This document shows, in pieces, positions 21,041-31,312 of a stretch of DNA of 64,000 nt (position 1 is its first letter; each line of letters begins with the position of its first letter). Location of the stretch: positions 224,001 through 288,000 of the forward strand of contig CAWAWS010000005.1 of the NCBI GenBank assembly GCA_963785725.1. Reading direction: 5' to 3'. Source of the stretch: an uncultured delta proteobacterium (GTDB lineage: Bacteria; Myxococcota_A; Polyangia; Palsa-1104). The notes below the pieces were generated by a model, which saw nothing but the letters and a program-made list of their open reading frames with translations, did no database searches and was not told the DNA's origin. A program made the translations under genes and the position numbers.

Positions 21041-21885
21041 GAACGTCTCTTCTCCGCCGTCGTGTCTTCGTCGCTGTTGGAGTCGCTGACGGCGTCGTGG
21101 TCGTCGGAGTGGAACGTGACCGTGCCCGACATCTCGACGAACTCGCGCACGAAGGGCAATTTCGAGCGCTTGATCTCGTCGGGCGTGCCGGAGATGGCGA
21201 TCTTGCCGTCGTAGAGCATCGAGATGCGGTGGGCGATGCGAAACGTCGACGCCATGTCATGGCTGATGACGACGCTGGTGACGCCGGTTTCTTGGGAGAT
21301 GTCGCGGATCATGTCGTCGACATTCTTCGTCGCCACCGGGTCGAGACCCGTGGTCGGCTCATCGTATAACAGAATCTCCGGCTCCAAGACCAATGCCCGG
21401 GCGAGACCGACGCGTTTTCGCATGCCGCCGGACAGCTCGGCCGGATATTTGCTCTCGATGTTGCGCAGACCGAGCGACGTGAGCCGCTTCATGACGGCTT
21501 CATGAATCTCGCTCTTCGACAACTTCGAGTGCTCGACGAGCGGGAAGGCCACGTTCTCCTCCACCGTCAGCGAGTCGAAGAGCGCGGCGTACTGGAACAG
21601 CATGCCGAACTTGCGCCGCACGCGGTTGAGCTCGGCGTCATCGTCGATGGGCACGATGTCCTCGCCGTCGACGTAGATGCTGCCTTTGTCGGGTTTGAGC
21701 AGGCCCATCAAGTGCTTCATCATCACCGACTTGCCCTGGCCCGAGCCGCCGATGACGATGTTGATCTTGCCGCGCTCGATGTCGAGATCGACGCCGCGCA
21801 GGACCTTGTGCGCGCCGAACGCCTTCTCGAGCCCACGAATGCGTATCTGATATTCGTCCGACTTCTGCGCGGCGTCGTCGGCCAT
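21037..21885 (-). CDS. mlaF: MlaF-type ABC ATPase
   Basis: GGSGQGKS, FQYAALFDSLTVEENVAF, LSGGMRKRVGLARAL, YDEPTTGLDP. Confidence 0.9.
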   Translation of the reverse strand: MADDAAQKSDEYQIRIRGLEKAFGAHKVLRGVDLDIERGKINIVIGGSGQGKSVMMKHLMGLLKPDKGSIYVDGEDIVPIDDDAELNRVRRKFGMLFQYAALFDSLTVEENVAFPLVEHSKLSKSEIHEAVMKRLTSLGLRNIESKYPAELSGGMRKRVGLARALVLEPEILLYDEPTTGLDPVATKNVDDMIRDISQETGVTSVVISHDMASTFRIAHRISMLYDGKIAISGTPDEIKRSKLPFVREFVEMSGTVTFHSDDHDAVSDSNSDEDTTAEKRRS

Positions 21886-22739
21886 TACTTCTTCTGCAGA
21901 ACCAAGATGATGTCGGTGAGAAAGTAGTCGAGCACCAAGATGGTGACGAAGCTGCCGACGACGGCGCGGGTCGTGCCCATGCCGACGCCTTTGGCGCCGC
22001 CGGTGGCGTTGAACCCTTGCGCGCAGCTGATGAGCGTCAGCGCCGTGCCGAACACCGTCGCCTTCATCAGCCCTTGCACGATGTCTTTGCTGTCGACGAG
22101 CCACTTGGTGTTCTCGACGAAGACGCCGGGATCGACGTTCTCGAGGTAGACGGCGACGCCGTAGCCGCCGCACATGGCGACGACGACGAACAGCATCGAC
22201 AGGAGCGGCACCATCAGCGTTCCGGCGAGCACGCGCGGCGACACGAGATACTGCACGGGATTGACCGCCAGCGTCGACAGGGCGTCGATCTGCTCGGTGA
22301 TGCGCATGGAGCCGAGCTCGGTGGCCATGCCGGCGCCGGCGCGCGCGGCGACGACGATGGCGGTGAACACCGGCGACAGCTCGCGCGTGACGGCGATGCC
22401 GAGCGTGGCGCCGACGAAGCCTTCGGTGCCGAGGCTGCGCAGGGCCGACGTCAGCTGCAGCGCGAAGACCATGCCGACGAAGAGGCCGATCATGCAGACG
22501 ATGAGCAGCGACTGCACGCCGATGTAGTCCATCGCCTCGAGGATGATGCCGACGCGAAACGGCGGACGAAACAGCCAGCGGACAGCCTGACCGAACAGGA
22601 TCATGTGCGTGCCGACCTGCTCCACGATCATCGTCGGCGCCGCCCACAGCTTCTCGTTCAGCTCGACGACGCGCGCCCAGGCGCCGGTCGCTTTGACCGG
22701 TCCTTGCGACTCCTCGGGGCCTGCCATCATCGCTGCCAT
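21885..22739 (-). CDS. mlaE: MlaE-type ABC permease
   Basis: RELSPVFTA, ELGSMRITEQIDAL, GAKGVGMGTTRAVV. Confidence 0.92.
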   Translation of the reverse strand: MAAMMAGPEESQGPVKATGAWARVVELNEKLWAAPTMIVEQVGTHMILFGQAVRWLFRPPFRVGIILEAMDYIGVQSLLIVCMIGLFVGMVFALQLTSALRSLGTEGFVGATLGIAVTRELSPVFTAIVVAARAGAGMATELGSMRITEQIDALSTLAVNPVQYLVSPRVLAGTLMVPLLSMLFVVVAMCGGYGVAVYLENVDPGVFVENTKWLVDSKDIVQGLMKATVFGTALTLISCAQGFNATGGAKGVGMGTTRAVVGSFVTILVLDYFLTDIILVLQKK

Positions 22740-22746
22740 GGTGTCT

Positions 22747-23952
22747 TTAGTACCGCTCTCCGACGTAGATTCTAGGCACGCGCTTGGAGATACCGGTGAA
22801 TATCTCCCACGGAATCGTCCCGCCCCAGCGCGCCAGCTCGTCGGCGCCGATGTGCTCGTCCCCTTGGCTGCCGAGCAAGACGACGTCGTCGCCGAGCTTG
22901 GCCGGCACGTCGGTGACGTCGACCATGATCATGTCCATCGTGATGGCGCCGGCGACGGGGCAGCGCTTGCCGGCGACGAGGACGTGCGCTTGGCCGGTCA
23001 AGCGCCGGCTGTAGCCGTCGGCGTAACCGATGGGCACGGTGGCGATGCGCGCCGGCGTCGTCGCCGTCCACAGCCCGCCGTAGCTGACGTGCTCGCCCGG
23101 CAAGACGTCGCGGATGGCGACGATGCGCGACTTGAGCGACAAGGCCGGACGCAAGCCGGGCAGCGCCACGACCGGCGCTGGGCTGTAGCCATAAAGTCCG
23201 AGGCCGGGACGCACGAGATCGTGACGCGCCGACGGGAAACGCGCGGTGCCGGCGGAGTTGGCGACGTGAGTCAACGCCGGCGCGAAGCCGGCCGCCAAGA
23301 CGCGCGCCCGCGCCGCTTCGAACGTGCGCAGCTGATCGTCGGTCGCGGTCACGTCATCGGCATCGGCGGACGCGAGGTGCGAGCACAGGCCGGTCAGCTC
23401 GACGGCGGGCGTAGCGGCAAGGTGCGCCAGCATGGCGTCGAGCCGCTCGGGCCGCACGCCCAAGCGCGACATGCCCGAGTCGATCTTCACGTGCACGCCG
23501 ACGCGGCCGGCGGCCATCTCGTCGGCGGCGCGGGCCAGCTTGTCGACGTCGTGCTCGTCGGAGATGACCGGCGTCAAGCGATAGGCGACCAAGTCGCGAT
23601 GGGCGTAGCCGTAGAAGCTGCCGAGAACGACGATGGGCGCCTCGATGCCGCCGCGCCGCAGTTCGACGCCCTCCTCGACGAGCGAGACGCCGAAGCCCCA
23701 CACTTTGCGCTCGAGCGCGCGGGCACAGGCGAGCGCGCCGTGGCCGTAGGCGTCCGCCTTGACGACGGCGAGAATGCCCACGCCCGGACCGACGACGGAT
23801 TGGAGCACGTCGACGTTCTTGCGCAGCGCCGCGAGGTCGACCTCGGCCACCGTCGGCCGGATGTCGGTGCGGATGTCGAATACCTGATAGATGCGGTGGA
23901 TAGTAGCCGTTTGTCGACGGGAAAGCCAAGAACGCGCATGCATTCGACGCAT
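22747..23952 (-). CDS. alr: Alanine racemase (start uncertain, possibly near 23892)
   Basis: AVVKADAYGHG, KIDSGMSRLG, VRPGLGLYG, IGYADG, ITMD. Confidence 0.93.
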   Translation of the reverse strand: MRRMHARSWLSRRQTATIHRIYQVFDIRTDIRPTVAEVDLAALRKNVDVLQSVVGPGVGILAVVKADAYGHGALACARALERKVWGFGVSLVEEGVELRRGGIEAPIVVLGSFYGYAHRDLVAYRLTPVISDEHDVDKLARAADEMAAGRVGVHVKIDSGMSRLGVRPERLDAMLAHLAATPAVELTGLCSHLASADADDVTATDDQLRTFEAARARVLAAGFAPALTHVANSAGTARFPSARHDLVRPGLGLYGYSPAPVVALPGLRPALSLKSRIVAIRDVLPGEHVSYGGLWTATTPARIATVPIGYADGYSRRLTGQAHVLVAGKRCPVAGAITMDMIMVDVTDVPAKLGDDVVLLGSQGDEHIGADELARWGGTIPWEIFTGISKRVPRIYVGERY

Positions 23953-24070
23953 GGCGTCTGCGCTCGGCTGTCGAGCACCATGGCGTGGGCGCGCCGCCCC
24001 TACGCGCCAACGCGACGGCTGGGCTCGCGACGTCGGTGCGACGACGTCTTCCAGCGCGAGCGCAGAACGC

Positions 24071-24814
24071 CTACGCCTGCGCGGTCGTCGTCTGCGGGCG
24101 CTTGTCGAGCAGCGCGCGCGTCAGGATGAGCGCGCGACCACGCGGCACGATCAGCCCGCGCTTGATCATCGACGTGAACGTGCGCGAGATGGTCTCGCGG
24201 CACGAGCCGACCATGTTCGCCAGATCCTGCTGCGTCGGACGACGGCGCAACAGCAGGCCCGTGTCGGTCTGCTCGCCCTCTTCCTTGGCCAGCCGCTCGA
24301 GCGTGCGCGTCAAGCGCGACTCGACGTCATGCAGCGCCAGGTTGGCGATGGTCTCGTCGGCGCGACGCAGCCGGCGCGTCATCTCGGCGAGCAGGTTCAA
24401 CGCCGTCTGCGGGTTCGACTTCAAGTGCGCCACGAACGCTTCGCGGCTGAGCACGAGCAAGGTCGTGTCCTCGAGCGCCACGACGTTGGCCGCGCGCGGG
24501 CGATTGTCGAGCAGCGACATCTCGCCGAAGAAGTCGCCGGGCTTGAGCTCCGACAGCGTCAGCTCACGACCGTTCTCGCCGAACAGCGCCACCTTCACCT
24601 TGCCACCCGCCAGAACGAACAGCGAATCGCCCGGCTCGCCCTCGGCCACCACGATGGTCTCGGCCGGACGCGTGCGAACCTGAATCCGCCGCACGAGATC
24701 GTCGATCGCCTGCGGCGTGCAGCCGCGAAAAATCGCGGTCGCCGCGAGCAGATTGCGATACCGTTCCAGCTTCACCTCGTCGAGCACCATGGAGCGCTGA
24801 GCGTTGGGCATCAT
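24071..24814 (-). CDS. mrpC: CRP/FNR family regulator, MrpC-like
   Basis: FGENGRE, FGEMSL, RRLRRADETIA, RRRPTQQDLANMVGSCRETISR match my recollection of myxobacterial MrpC; AGGGAGG SD before ATG 24814. Confidence 0.8.
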   Translation of the reverse strand: MMPNAQRSMVLDEVKLERYRNLLAATAIFRGCTPQAIDDLVRRIQVRTRPAETIVVAEGEPGDSLFVLAGGKVKVALFGENGRELTLSELKPGDFFGEMSLLDNRPRAANVVALEDTTLLVLSREAFVAHLKSNPQTALNLLAEMTRRLRRADETIANLALHDVESRLTRTLERLAKEEGEQTDTGLLLRRRPTQQDLANMVGSCRETISRTFTSMIKRGLIVPRGRALILTRALLDKRPQTTTAQA

Positions 24815-24843
24815 GAGCGTTCCCTCCCTTGGCGAGACTGCTA

Positions 24844-24859
24844 AGCAATCGAAGTGCCA
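24844..24859 (-). promoter_or_regulatory. Sigma54 (-24/-12) promoter of the mrpC-like gene
   Basis: TGGCAC-TTCGA-TTGCT, a match to the TGGCAC-N5-TTGCW consensus. Confidence 0.85.
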
Positions 24860-24989
24860 GCTTGCACAGCAGCCGATTCCGCGGTTTATGGCGAGCGGTC
24901 GGGCCAGTCGGAAATCGAGATTCGCGCCCATCTGTGATGGAGATCCTCGACAGCTTGCAATCGCCGGGCGGTCGAGTACGCTGCCGCCA

Positions 24990-25191
24990 ATGAAGCTGGT
25001 CGTGAACGGGAAACCCGTGGAATTGCCCGATGGAAGCACGGTTTCCGCGCTGCTCGGCCGGCTCGAAATCGACGGCGCGCGCGTCGCCATCGAGCGCAAC
25101 CAGGATGTCGTCCCGCGTCTCACTTGGGACGAGCGTTTCCTTGCGCGATGGCGACCAAATCGAGATCGTAACGTTCGTGGGCGGTGGCTGA
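24990..25191 (+). CDS. thiS: Sulfur carrier ThiS, frameshift near 25140
   Basis: MKLVVNG...VAIERNQDVVPR then DGDQIEIVTFVGGG-stop. Confidence 0.9.
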
Positions 25192-25223
25192 CGAAGCCAC
25201 GCGCCGGCGGCTAGAGGAGCCAC

Positions 25224-25997
25224 ATGGCTGAAGCACACGACCCGTTTTTGTTGTCCGGCAGGCAATGGCGCTCGCGGCTGATCGTCGGCACCGGCAAATA
25301 CAAGGATGACGACGAGACGCGCGCGGCCATCGCGGCGTCGGGCGCGGAGATCGTCACGGTCGCGCTGCGGCGCATCGAGCTCAAGCCGGGCCAGCCGTCG
25401 TTGCTCGACGCGCTCAAAGGCTACGCGCTCTTGCCGAACACGGCCGGCTGCTATACGGCCGAAGAAGCCGTGCGCACGGCTCGACTTGCGCGCGAGCTCG
25501 GCATGACCGAGTTCGTCAAGCTCGAGGTCATCGGCGACAAGCGGACGCTCTTTCCCGACGCCGAAGCGACGCTGGAGGCGGCGCGCATCCTGGTCAAGGA
25601 GGGCTTCATCGTGCTCCCGTATACCAACGATGATCCGGTCATGGCCAAGAAGCTCGAGGACGCGGGCTGCGCGGCGGTCATGCCGCTGGCGGCGCCGATC
25701 GGCTCGGGCCTCGGCATTCGCAACCCGTACAATTTGCGCATCATTCTCGAGACCGTGAAGGTGCCGGTCATCGTCGACGCCGGCGTGGGCACGGCCTCGG
25801 ACGCGGCGGTGGCGATGGAGCTCGGCTGCCACGGCGTCCTCATGAACACCGGCATCGCGGGCGCCAAGCAGCCGATTCTGATGGCGGAGGCGATGCGGCT
25901 CGGCGTGGAAGCCGGTCGCAAGGCGTTCCTGGCCGGGCGGATCGGGAAGAAGTTGCACGCCGCGGCCTCGTCGCCCGAGCACGGCTTGATTGAGTAG
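25224..25997 (+). CDS. thiG: Thiazole synthase
   Basis: [38 protein letters not shown]. Confidence 0.96.
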   Translation: MAEAHDPFLLSGRQWRSRLIVGTGKYKDDDETRAAIAASGAEIVTVALRRIELKPGQPSLLDALKGYALLPNTAGCYTAEEAVRTARLARELGMTEFVKLEVIGDKRTLFPDAEATLEAARILVKEGFIVLPYTNDDPVMAKKLEDAGCAAVMPLAAPIGSGLGIRNPYNLRIILETVKVPVIVDAGVGTASDAAVAMELGCHGVLMNTGIAGAKQPILMAEAMRLGVEAGRKAFLAGRIGKKLHAAASSPEHGLIE

Positions 25998-26607
25998 CCG
26001 CGCCGTCCACTTTCGCATCCTCCTCATCAGCGACGGCTTCGACGAGCAGACCCCGGCGCGCGTCGAGGCCGCGTTGAGCGCGCTGCCGGCCGGCGTGGCG
26101 GCGGTGCAGCTGCGCGCCAAAGCGTTGAGCGGACGCGCGCTCTATGACGCGGCTGTCGCGCTCGGACCCATGGTGCATGCGCGTGGCGGCCTGTTCCTCG
26201 TCAACGATCGCGTGGACGTCGCGCTGGCGGCGGGCGCCGATGGCGTGCACTTGCCGGCGCGCGGGCTGCCGCCGGAAGCGGCGCGCCGGCTGGTCGGCGA
26301 CGGGCTCTTCGTCGGCGTCTCGACGCACACGCCGTCCGAGGCGGCCGCCGCTTGTTATGCCGGCGCCGATTACGTGACGTTCGGGCCGGTGTTTCCGACG
26401 ACCGGCAAAGGCGCTCCGGTCGGGTTGGCGACGCTGGCCAACGTCACGAACGCCGTGCCGGTGCCGCTGTTCGCGCTCGGCGGCATCGACGCCACGCGGG
26501 CGGCGGCGGTCGTGGCGACGGGGGCCCGCGTCGCCTGCATCGGCGCCGTGCTCGGCCGGGACGACGCCGCAGCGGCCGCCCACGCGCTGTGGGCGGCGAT
26601 CGGTTGA
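25990..26607 (+). CDS. thiE: Thiamine phosphate synthase (ThiE/TenI family)
   Basis: [35 protein letters not shown]. Confidence 0.8.
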   Translation: MSSRAVHFRILLISDGFDEQTPARVEAALSALPAGVAAVQLRAKALSGRALYDAAVALGPMVHARGGLFLVNDRVDVALAAGADGVHLPARGLPPEAARRLVGDGLFVGVSTHTPSEAAAACYAGADYVTFGPVFPTTGKGAPVGLATLANVTNAVPVPLFALGGIDATRAAAVVATGARVACIGAVLGRDDAAAAAHALWAAIG

Positions 26608-26663
26608 GCGGCGGCTCGTGCCGATCACTTTTGTCGCGAAGCGGTTAGCATGATGAACGAGCC

Positions 26664-27272
26664 ATGGGCGCGCGCAGCGTAGTCCTCGTCAGCATCCTCG
26701 TCACGATCGTGATGGCGATGGGGCTCATGCTGTTCGTCGTCGACTTTCCGCGCACGGCCTCGGACGACATGCTGCCCAACCTGCGCAAGGGCGACCTCGT
26801 GCTCGCCTGCCGCGTGTGCGGGCGGCCGCAGCGCGGCGACGTCGTGCTCTTCACGGCGCCCGACGGCGGGCCGCTGACCATCCGCCGCGTCGTCGGCGTC
26901 CCCGGCGATCGCGTCGAGGTGCGCGCCGGGCAGACGCTGGTGAACGGCAAGCCGCTGCCTTCGGAGGCGCTCGGCAATCTGCGGCTCGCCGGCATCGATC
27001 CGGTGTCGACCGAGCCGCGCTCGTTCGCGGCGCGCATCGAGCACGGCGGCACGCACGACTACAAGGTCGTGCGCGATCATGGCGTGGCGCAGTCGGGCGA
27101 CCGCGCGGCCGTGACGCTCGAGGACGCCTACTTCGTGCTCGCCGATCGCCGGACGCTCGTGCGCGACAGCCGCGACTACGGCCCGGTGCGCCACGCCGCG
27201 ATGCGATCGATCGTCTTGCGCATCTTGCAGGCCGGCGACCACGACGGCGCGCGCACGACCCGCGTGCCCTAG
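26664..27272 (+). CDS. Signal peptidase I (S26) homologue, apparently lacking catalytic residues
   Basis: N-terminal TM, SDDMLPNL, RGDVVLF, IRRVVGVPGD, YFVLADRR, DSRDYGPV. Confidence 0.8.
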   Translation: MGARSVVLVSILVTIVMAMGLMLFVVDFPRTASDDMLPNLRKGDLVLACRVCGRPQRGDVVLFTAPDGGPLTIRRVVGVPGDRVEVRAGQTLVNGKPLPSEALGNLRLAGIDPVSTEPRSFAARIEHGGTHDYKVVRDHGVAQSGDRAAVTLEDAYFVLADRRTLVRDSRDYGPVRHAAMRSIVLRILQAGDHDGARTTRVP

Positions 27273-28534
27273 CTCTCGCGGCGCGAGCGGGCGGCGCTCA
27301 TCGCCGTCAACGACGCGAGGGCCAGCGTGCCGAGCGGCGCCAGCGGCAGCTCCTCGGAGCCGGGCACGCGCAAGGCGTAGAACAGCGTCAACATCGCCAG
27401 GATCGTCGTCGGCACCTCGATGCGACCGCGGCGGCCGAGCCGCAGGCGCGTCACGAGCGTCTCTTGCGCCAGCGCCACGACCAGCGCCGCCGGCAGCAGG
27501 TTCACGAGCGCGTAGGAGTAGGTCACCGACGGCGCGCTCAACGGCGCCGCCAGCGCGCTGCCGGCGAACAGCGCCAGCCACAGCGTGCGCTCGCCCGCAT
27601 CGCGCGCGCGCCGCGCCGCCAGCCACGACACGACCGCGGCGACGAGCACGAGCCCGACGGCCGCTGCCGCCAGCGGCCGCGCCAGCGATGGCGTCGTCTG
27701 CTCGGTCAGGCTGCGGAAGCTGACGTTGTACCAAGCGGCGTGGAAGGCGCCGAGGCGCGCCCGCACCGTCGCCAGCCAACCGGGCACGAGCCGCGCGACC
27801 GGCGCCAACAACAGCGCCAGCGCCAGCGCGACGCCGCCGAGCGCGCGGCCGAGCTGCCGGCGATCGCGCGCCAAAGCCACGATGCCGAGCGGCAAGAGCA
27901 GCGGATAGGCTTTGACGAGCGTCGCCGCCGTCGCCAGGAAGGCCGCGCGGCCCAGCTTGTCGTCGAGGCACAGCGCGATGGCGCCCCAGCCGAGCAGCGC
28001 GACGACGGCGTCGGCCTGGCCGCGCTCGAGGCCGAGCAGCACGCCGCCGTGTAACAGCAGCGCCACGCCGCAAAAGAGCACGAGCACGGGACGCGTGGCG
28101 GACGGCAGCGCCGCGGCGCGACGTGCCAGACGCGCGGTGACGAACGCCAAGCCGATGATGGCCGCGAGGTGCACGAGCAGCCAGGCGCGGCCGGCGGCGC
28201 GGAAGTCGTCGCCGTAGATCAGCGCGAACGGCGCCAGCATGACGAGGTGCGTCGGCGGATAGAACTGGCTCGTGCGATGACCGTCGACGACGAGCTCGCG
28301 GTGCCACGGATCGCGCAGCGCCTCCGTCTCGTCGCGATAGGGATCGAGGCCGGCGAGGAGCATGCGCGCGCCTTGATAGGGCGCGATGAAGTCGGCCGCG
28401 CCCGGTCGCATGTAGAAGACGAGCTTGTCACCGACGGGATCGGCGAAGCGCGACAGATCGCCCCACAGCGCCAGCGCGACGACGACGGCCGCCGCGGCGA
28501 CGACGGCGCGCGACGGCCACGACGAAGGCTCCAC
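27269..28534 (-). CDS. Polytopic membrane glycosyltransferase, GT87/DUF2029-like
   Basis: DF...Y...DPY, FYPP, LERGQ, LVKAYP, NVS motifs and many hydrophobic segments. Confidence 0.7.
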   Translation of the reverse strand: MEPSSWPSRAVVAAAAVVVALALWGDLSRFADPVGDKLVFYMRPGAADFIAPYQGARMLLAGLDPYRDETEALRDPWHRELVVDGHRTSQFYPPTHLVMLAPFALIYGDDFRAAGRAWLLVHLAAIIGLAFVTARLARRAAALPSATRPVLVLFCGVALLLHGGVLLGLERGQADAVVALLGWGAIALCLDDKLGRAAFLATAATLVKAYPLLLPLGIVALARDRRQLGRALGGVALALALLLAPVARLVPGWLATVRARLGAFHAAWYNVSFRSLTEQTTPSLARPLAAAAVGLVLVAAVVSWLAARRARDAGERTLWLALFAGSALAAPLSAPSVTYSYALVNLLPAALVVALAQETLVTRLRLGRRGRIEVPTTILAMLTLFYALRVPGSEELPLAPLGTLALASLTAMSAARSRRES

Positions 28535-28611
28535 GGCGCGAGGATATCACCCGCGGGCGGCAACGCGCGGCAACCGGCGGGCGAAAACGTCGCCGGCGGC
28601 GGCGTTCGCGG

Positions 28612-29160
28612 TCAGAGCAGGCGGACTTGGCCGTCTTCGTCGACGGGCAGGTCGTAGCGCAGCCGCGGCCCCTCGACGCGCAAGAACGGCGGCGGATGGT
28701 GCAGCTCGGACTTGTGCGGGCGAATGAGGTGCACGACTTCGTGGCGCAGCGTCCACAGCTTGTCGGACACGAGGCGGCGATGACACTGCGACCAATGGGT
28801 CTCGGCGCACATGAACGCCGTCGGCGCTGCGCTCGCCGTGGCCAAGAGCTCGGCCAGGCCGGCGGCGAACTCGGGCGAGTCCATATAGTCGGCGTAGTTG
28901 CGAAAGGCGTCGACTTTCCAGGCGGGATTGGGCGACGGATCGCGCGTCTTCTTGCGCCGGCCGCCGAGGCGCGGCTCCCAGTGATACGCGATGTTGGCGG
29001 CGGCGAGCGCGCGCGGCAGCTCGTCGCGGCCGAACTGCGGATGGCGGCGCGAGCCGGGAAAGCTGCGGATGTCGACGATGGTCTCGACCGCAGCGCCGGC
29101 GAGCGTGTCGCGGAGCTCGGCGAAGCTGCGGGCGCCGTGGCCGACGCTGAAGATGCGCAT
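28612..29160 (-). CDS. DUF488 family protein
   Basis: IFSVGHG, VDIRSFPGSRRHPQF, LGGRR, YADYM, MCAE..W..CHR. Confidence 0.88.
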   Translation of the reverse strand: MRIFSVGHGARSFAELRDTLAGAAVETIVDIRSFPGSRRHPQFGRDELPRALAAANIAYHWEPRLGGRRKKTRDPSPNPAWKVDAFRNYADYMDSPEFAAGLAELLATASAAPTAFMCAETHWSQCHRRLVSDKLWTLRHEVVHLIRPHKSELHHPPPFLRVEGPRLRYDLPVDEDGQVRLL

Positions 29161-29168
29161 GACGCCGA

Positions 29169-30866
29169 TTAAGGTAAGGCGGCGTGGCTCAGCGTCACCG
29201 TGTAGGGCTCGCGTGCGTTGGCCGCCTTTTCGCTCGTGGCTTTGACGACGAGGAAGTAGCGCTTGCCCGTCGTGAGCGCGACGTTGGGGCCGACCGGCAG
29301 CCGCCCTTCGTCGACGATGCGCGCGCCGGCGGCGATCGGTCCGTCGACGCGCGCCGTGGTCGGGCTGCCGTCGCCGGTGACCGCGTACCAATCTTCGTCG
29401 CCGCGCGGCGCGAGCCGGCCGTGCATCGCCGTCGCGCCCGGCAGCCACGGCGTCGCGGTGGCGGCGTTGTCGTTGGGCTCGCGCTCCTCGTCCGGCGCCG
29501 GCGTCACGACGGTGGCGATGATGCGATAAGGCGCGTCGAAGGCGGTGTCGTGGGCGCGCGCCGAGACGCGCACGAGGCCGTCGCCGAGCTTGGCCGGCGG
29601 CAACAGCTCGCCCTGCCCTGCCGGCGCGTCGTCGGCCTTCGCCTGCGTCTTACCGTCGGCGCCGATTCGTTCGAGCTTGAGATCGACCTTGTCGACGCCC
29701 TCGACCTCGACGGTGACGAAGCTGTCGGGTGTGGCGCCCGTGATGCGATAGACGTCGTTGTCGCCGGGCCACAAGAAGCCGGCCAGCTGACCGGTGCCGC
29801 CGTTCAAGACGAGCGGCGTGGCGTGGGCGACGTCGCCGTTGGGCTCGCGCTCGGCGCCGTCGAGCGGCGGCTCGAGGCCGAGCCGAACCTGCCAGCGCGT
29901 CTCCGTCGAGCGCCCTTCGGTCGCGCGCAGCGCGATCAGCGCCGTGCCGCCGGCGACGTCGACGCCGACATTGCGCAGGCGCAGCTCCTCGTTCTTGCCG
30001 GCGCGCGCCTCGGCGAATACGGCCGCTTTGTCGGCGGCGGACGGCTTCGTCGCCGGCGCCGCGGCATTGTCCGCTTGCACCTTGAGCGCGACGGCGACGC
30101 CATCGACCGGCACCAGCTCGATGCGCAAGGTCGCGTGACCATCCGTCGCCGGGACGCCGGCGAGCGACAAGCGCAGCCAATCCTCGTCGCGCTTCTTGCC
30201 GAAGAAGCCGGTGGCGTCGCCGCTCGTGCCGTTCGACAGCTTGACCGACGTCGCGTGCGCCGGGTCGTCGTTGGGCTCGCGCTCCTCGCCCGCCGCCGCC
30301 GGAAACGCCTGCACCGTCAGCTCGTACGGATGCGCCGGATCGCCTTTGGCTACGCCCGCTTCGTGCACGCGCAGGTAATACGTGTGCGCCGGATCGACGC
30401 CGACGTTGGGGATGATCTCGGGCTCGCCCGGTCCGCCGTCGTTGACGCTCATGAGCCGCTTGCCGTCGCCGTCGAGCACGTCGAGCGCCAAGTCGAGCCC
30501 GGCGACGCCGGTCAATTCGACGCGCGCGTACGAGAAGCCCATGTCGGGCGCGACCGCGGCGCCGGGCGCCATCCACGAGAAGTAGTCGTCGTCGCCGACC
30601 GTCTTGGCGCCGGCCGCTTTGGGCGCGCCCATGAAGCCGCGAATGCCCGAGCCCGGCGTCATCGGCTGCGCGCTCCCGACCGTGTCGTCGGGCTCCTGCT
30701 CGTCGACGAGCGGCAGCTTGACGCGATCGGGCGCGCGCTTCTCGGCCTCGACGACTTCGACGGAGGGTCCGCCGTCACCGTGAACGGCGATGGGCTTACG
30801 CGAGCTGCAATGGGCGAGGCAGAGAAACGAGCAGGCCGCGAGGACGCGACCGGCGAAGGGAGTCAT
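29169..30866 (-). CDS. Putative lipoprotein with four EPND/PPC-like repeats
   Basis: Lipobox-like [32 protein letters not shown] each followed by a DxDxY/W motif. Confidence 0.7.
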   Translation of the reverse strand: MTPFAGRVLAACSFLCLAHCSSRKPIAVHGDGGPSVEVVEAEKRAPDRVKLPLVDEQEPDDTVGSAQPMTPGSGIRGFMGAPKAAGAKTVGDDDYFSWMAPGAAVAPDMGFSYARVELTGVAGLDLALDVLDGDGKRLMSVNDGGPGEPEIIPNVGVDPAHTYYLRVHEAGVAKGDPAHPYELTVQAFPAAAGEEREPNDDPAHATSVKLSNGTSGDATGFFGKKRDEDWLRLSLAGVPATDGHATLRIELVPVDGVAVALKVQADNAAAPATKPSAADKAAVFAEARAGKNEELRLRNVGVDVAGGTALIALRATEGRSTETRWQVRLGLEPPLDGAEREPNGDVAHATPLVLNGGTGQLAGFLWPGDNDVYRITGATPDSFVTVEVEGVDKVDLKLERIGADGKTQAKADDAPAGQGELLPPAKLGDGLVRVSARAHDTAFDAPYRIIATVVTPAPDEEREPNDNAATATPWLPGATAMHGRLAPRGDEDWYAVTGDGSPTTARVDGPIAAGARIVDEGRLPVGPNVALTTGKRYFLVVKATSEKAANAREPYTVTLSHAALP

Positions 30867-31312
30867 CTTTTGAATGTTGCCAGAAACTCGGCTTCGCTGA
30901 CGACTGCACCTTCGACCAGCGCTTTGCCGGCCATTTTCCAGATGGCGCCGCCGCGACGCAGCGGCACGACCTCGATGCGCAGCTGATCGCCGGGCACGAC
31001 CGGCTTACGAAACTTCACCTTGTCGATGCCCATGAAGAACACGAGCGGGCTTTGCCCGGGCTCGGCCATCTGATTGAGCGCCATCACCGCGCCCGCCTGC
31101 GCCATCGCCTCGACCTGCAAGACGCCGGGCATGATCGGATGGCCCGGGAAATGGCCGGCGAAATAGGGCTCGTTGGCGCTGACGTTCTTGATCGCGACCA
31201 CGCGCTCGTCGCCGAGCTCGAGGATGCGATCGATCATCAGAAACGGGAAGCGATGGGGAATGACGCGCTCGATCGCCGGAACGTCGAGCGGCGCGAGGAG
31301 GCCGAGCGGCAT
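30863..31312 (-). CDS. fabZ: 3-hydroxyacyl-ACP dehydratase
   Basis: [43 protein letters not shown]. Confidence 0.95.
   Translation of the reverse strand: MPLGLLAPLDVPAIERVIPHRFPFLMIDRILELGDERVVAIKNVSANEPYFAGHFPGHPIMPGVLQVEAMAQAGAVMALNQMAEPGQSPLVFFMGIDKVKFRKPVVPGDQLRIEVVPLRRGGAIWKMAGKALVEGAVVSEAEFLATFKR

Noticed and set aside
24815..24989. TPP riboswitch upstream of thiS
   Set aside because: No CUGAGA or ACCUG core motifs; a -10-like hexamer lies 7 nt from the ATG, leaving no leader
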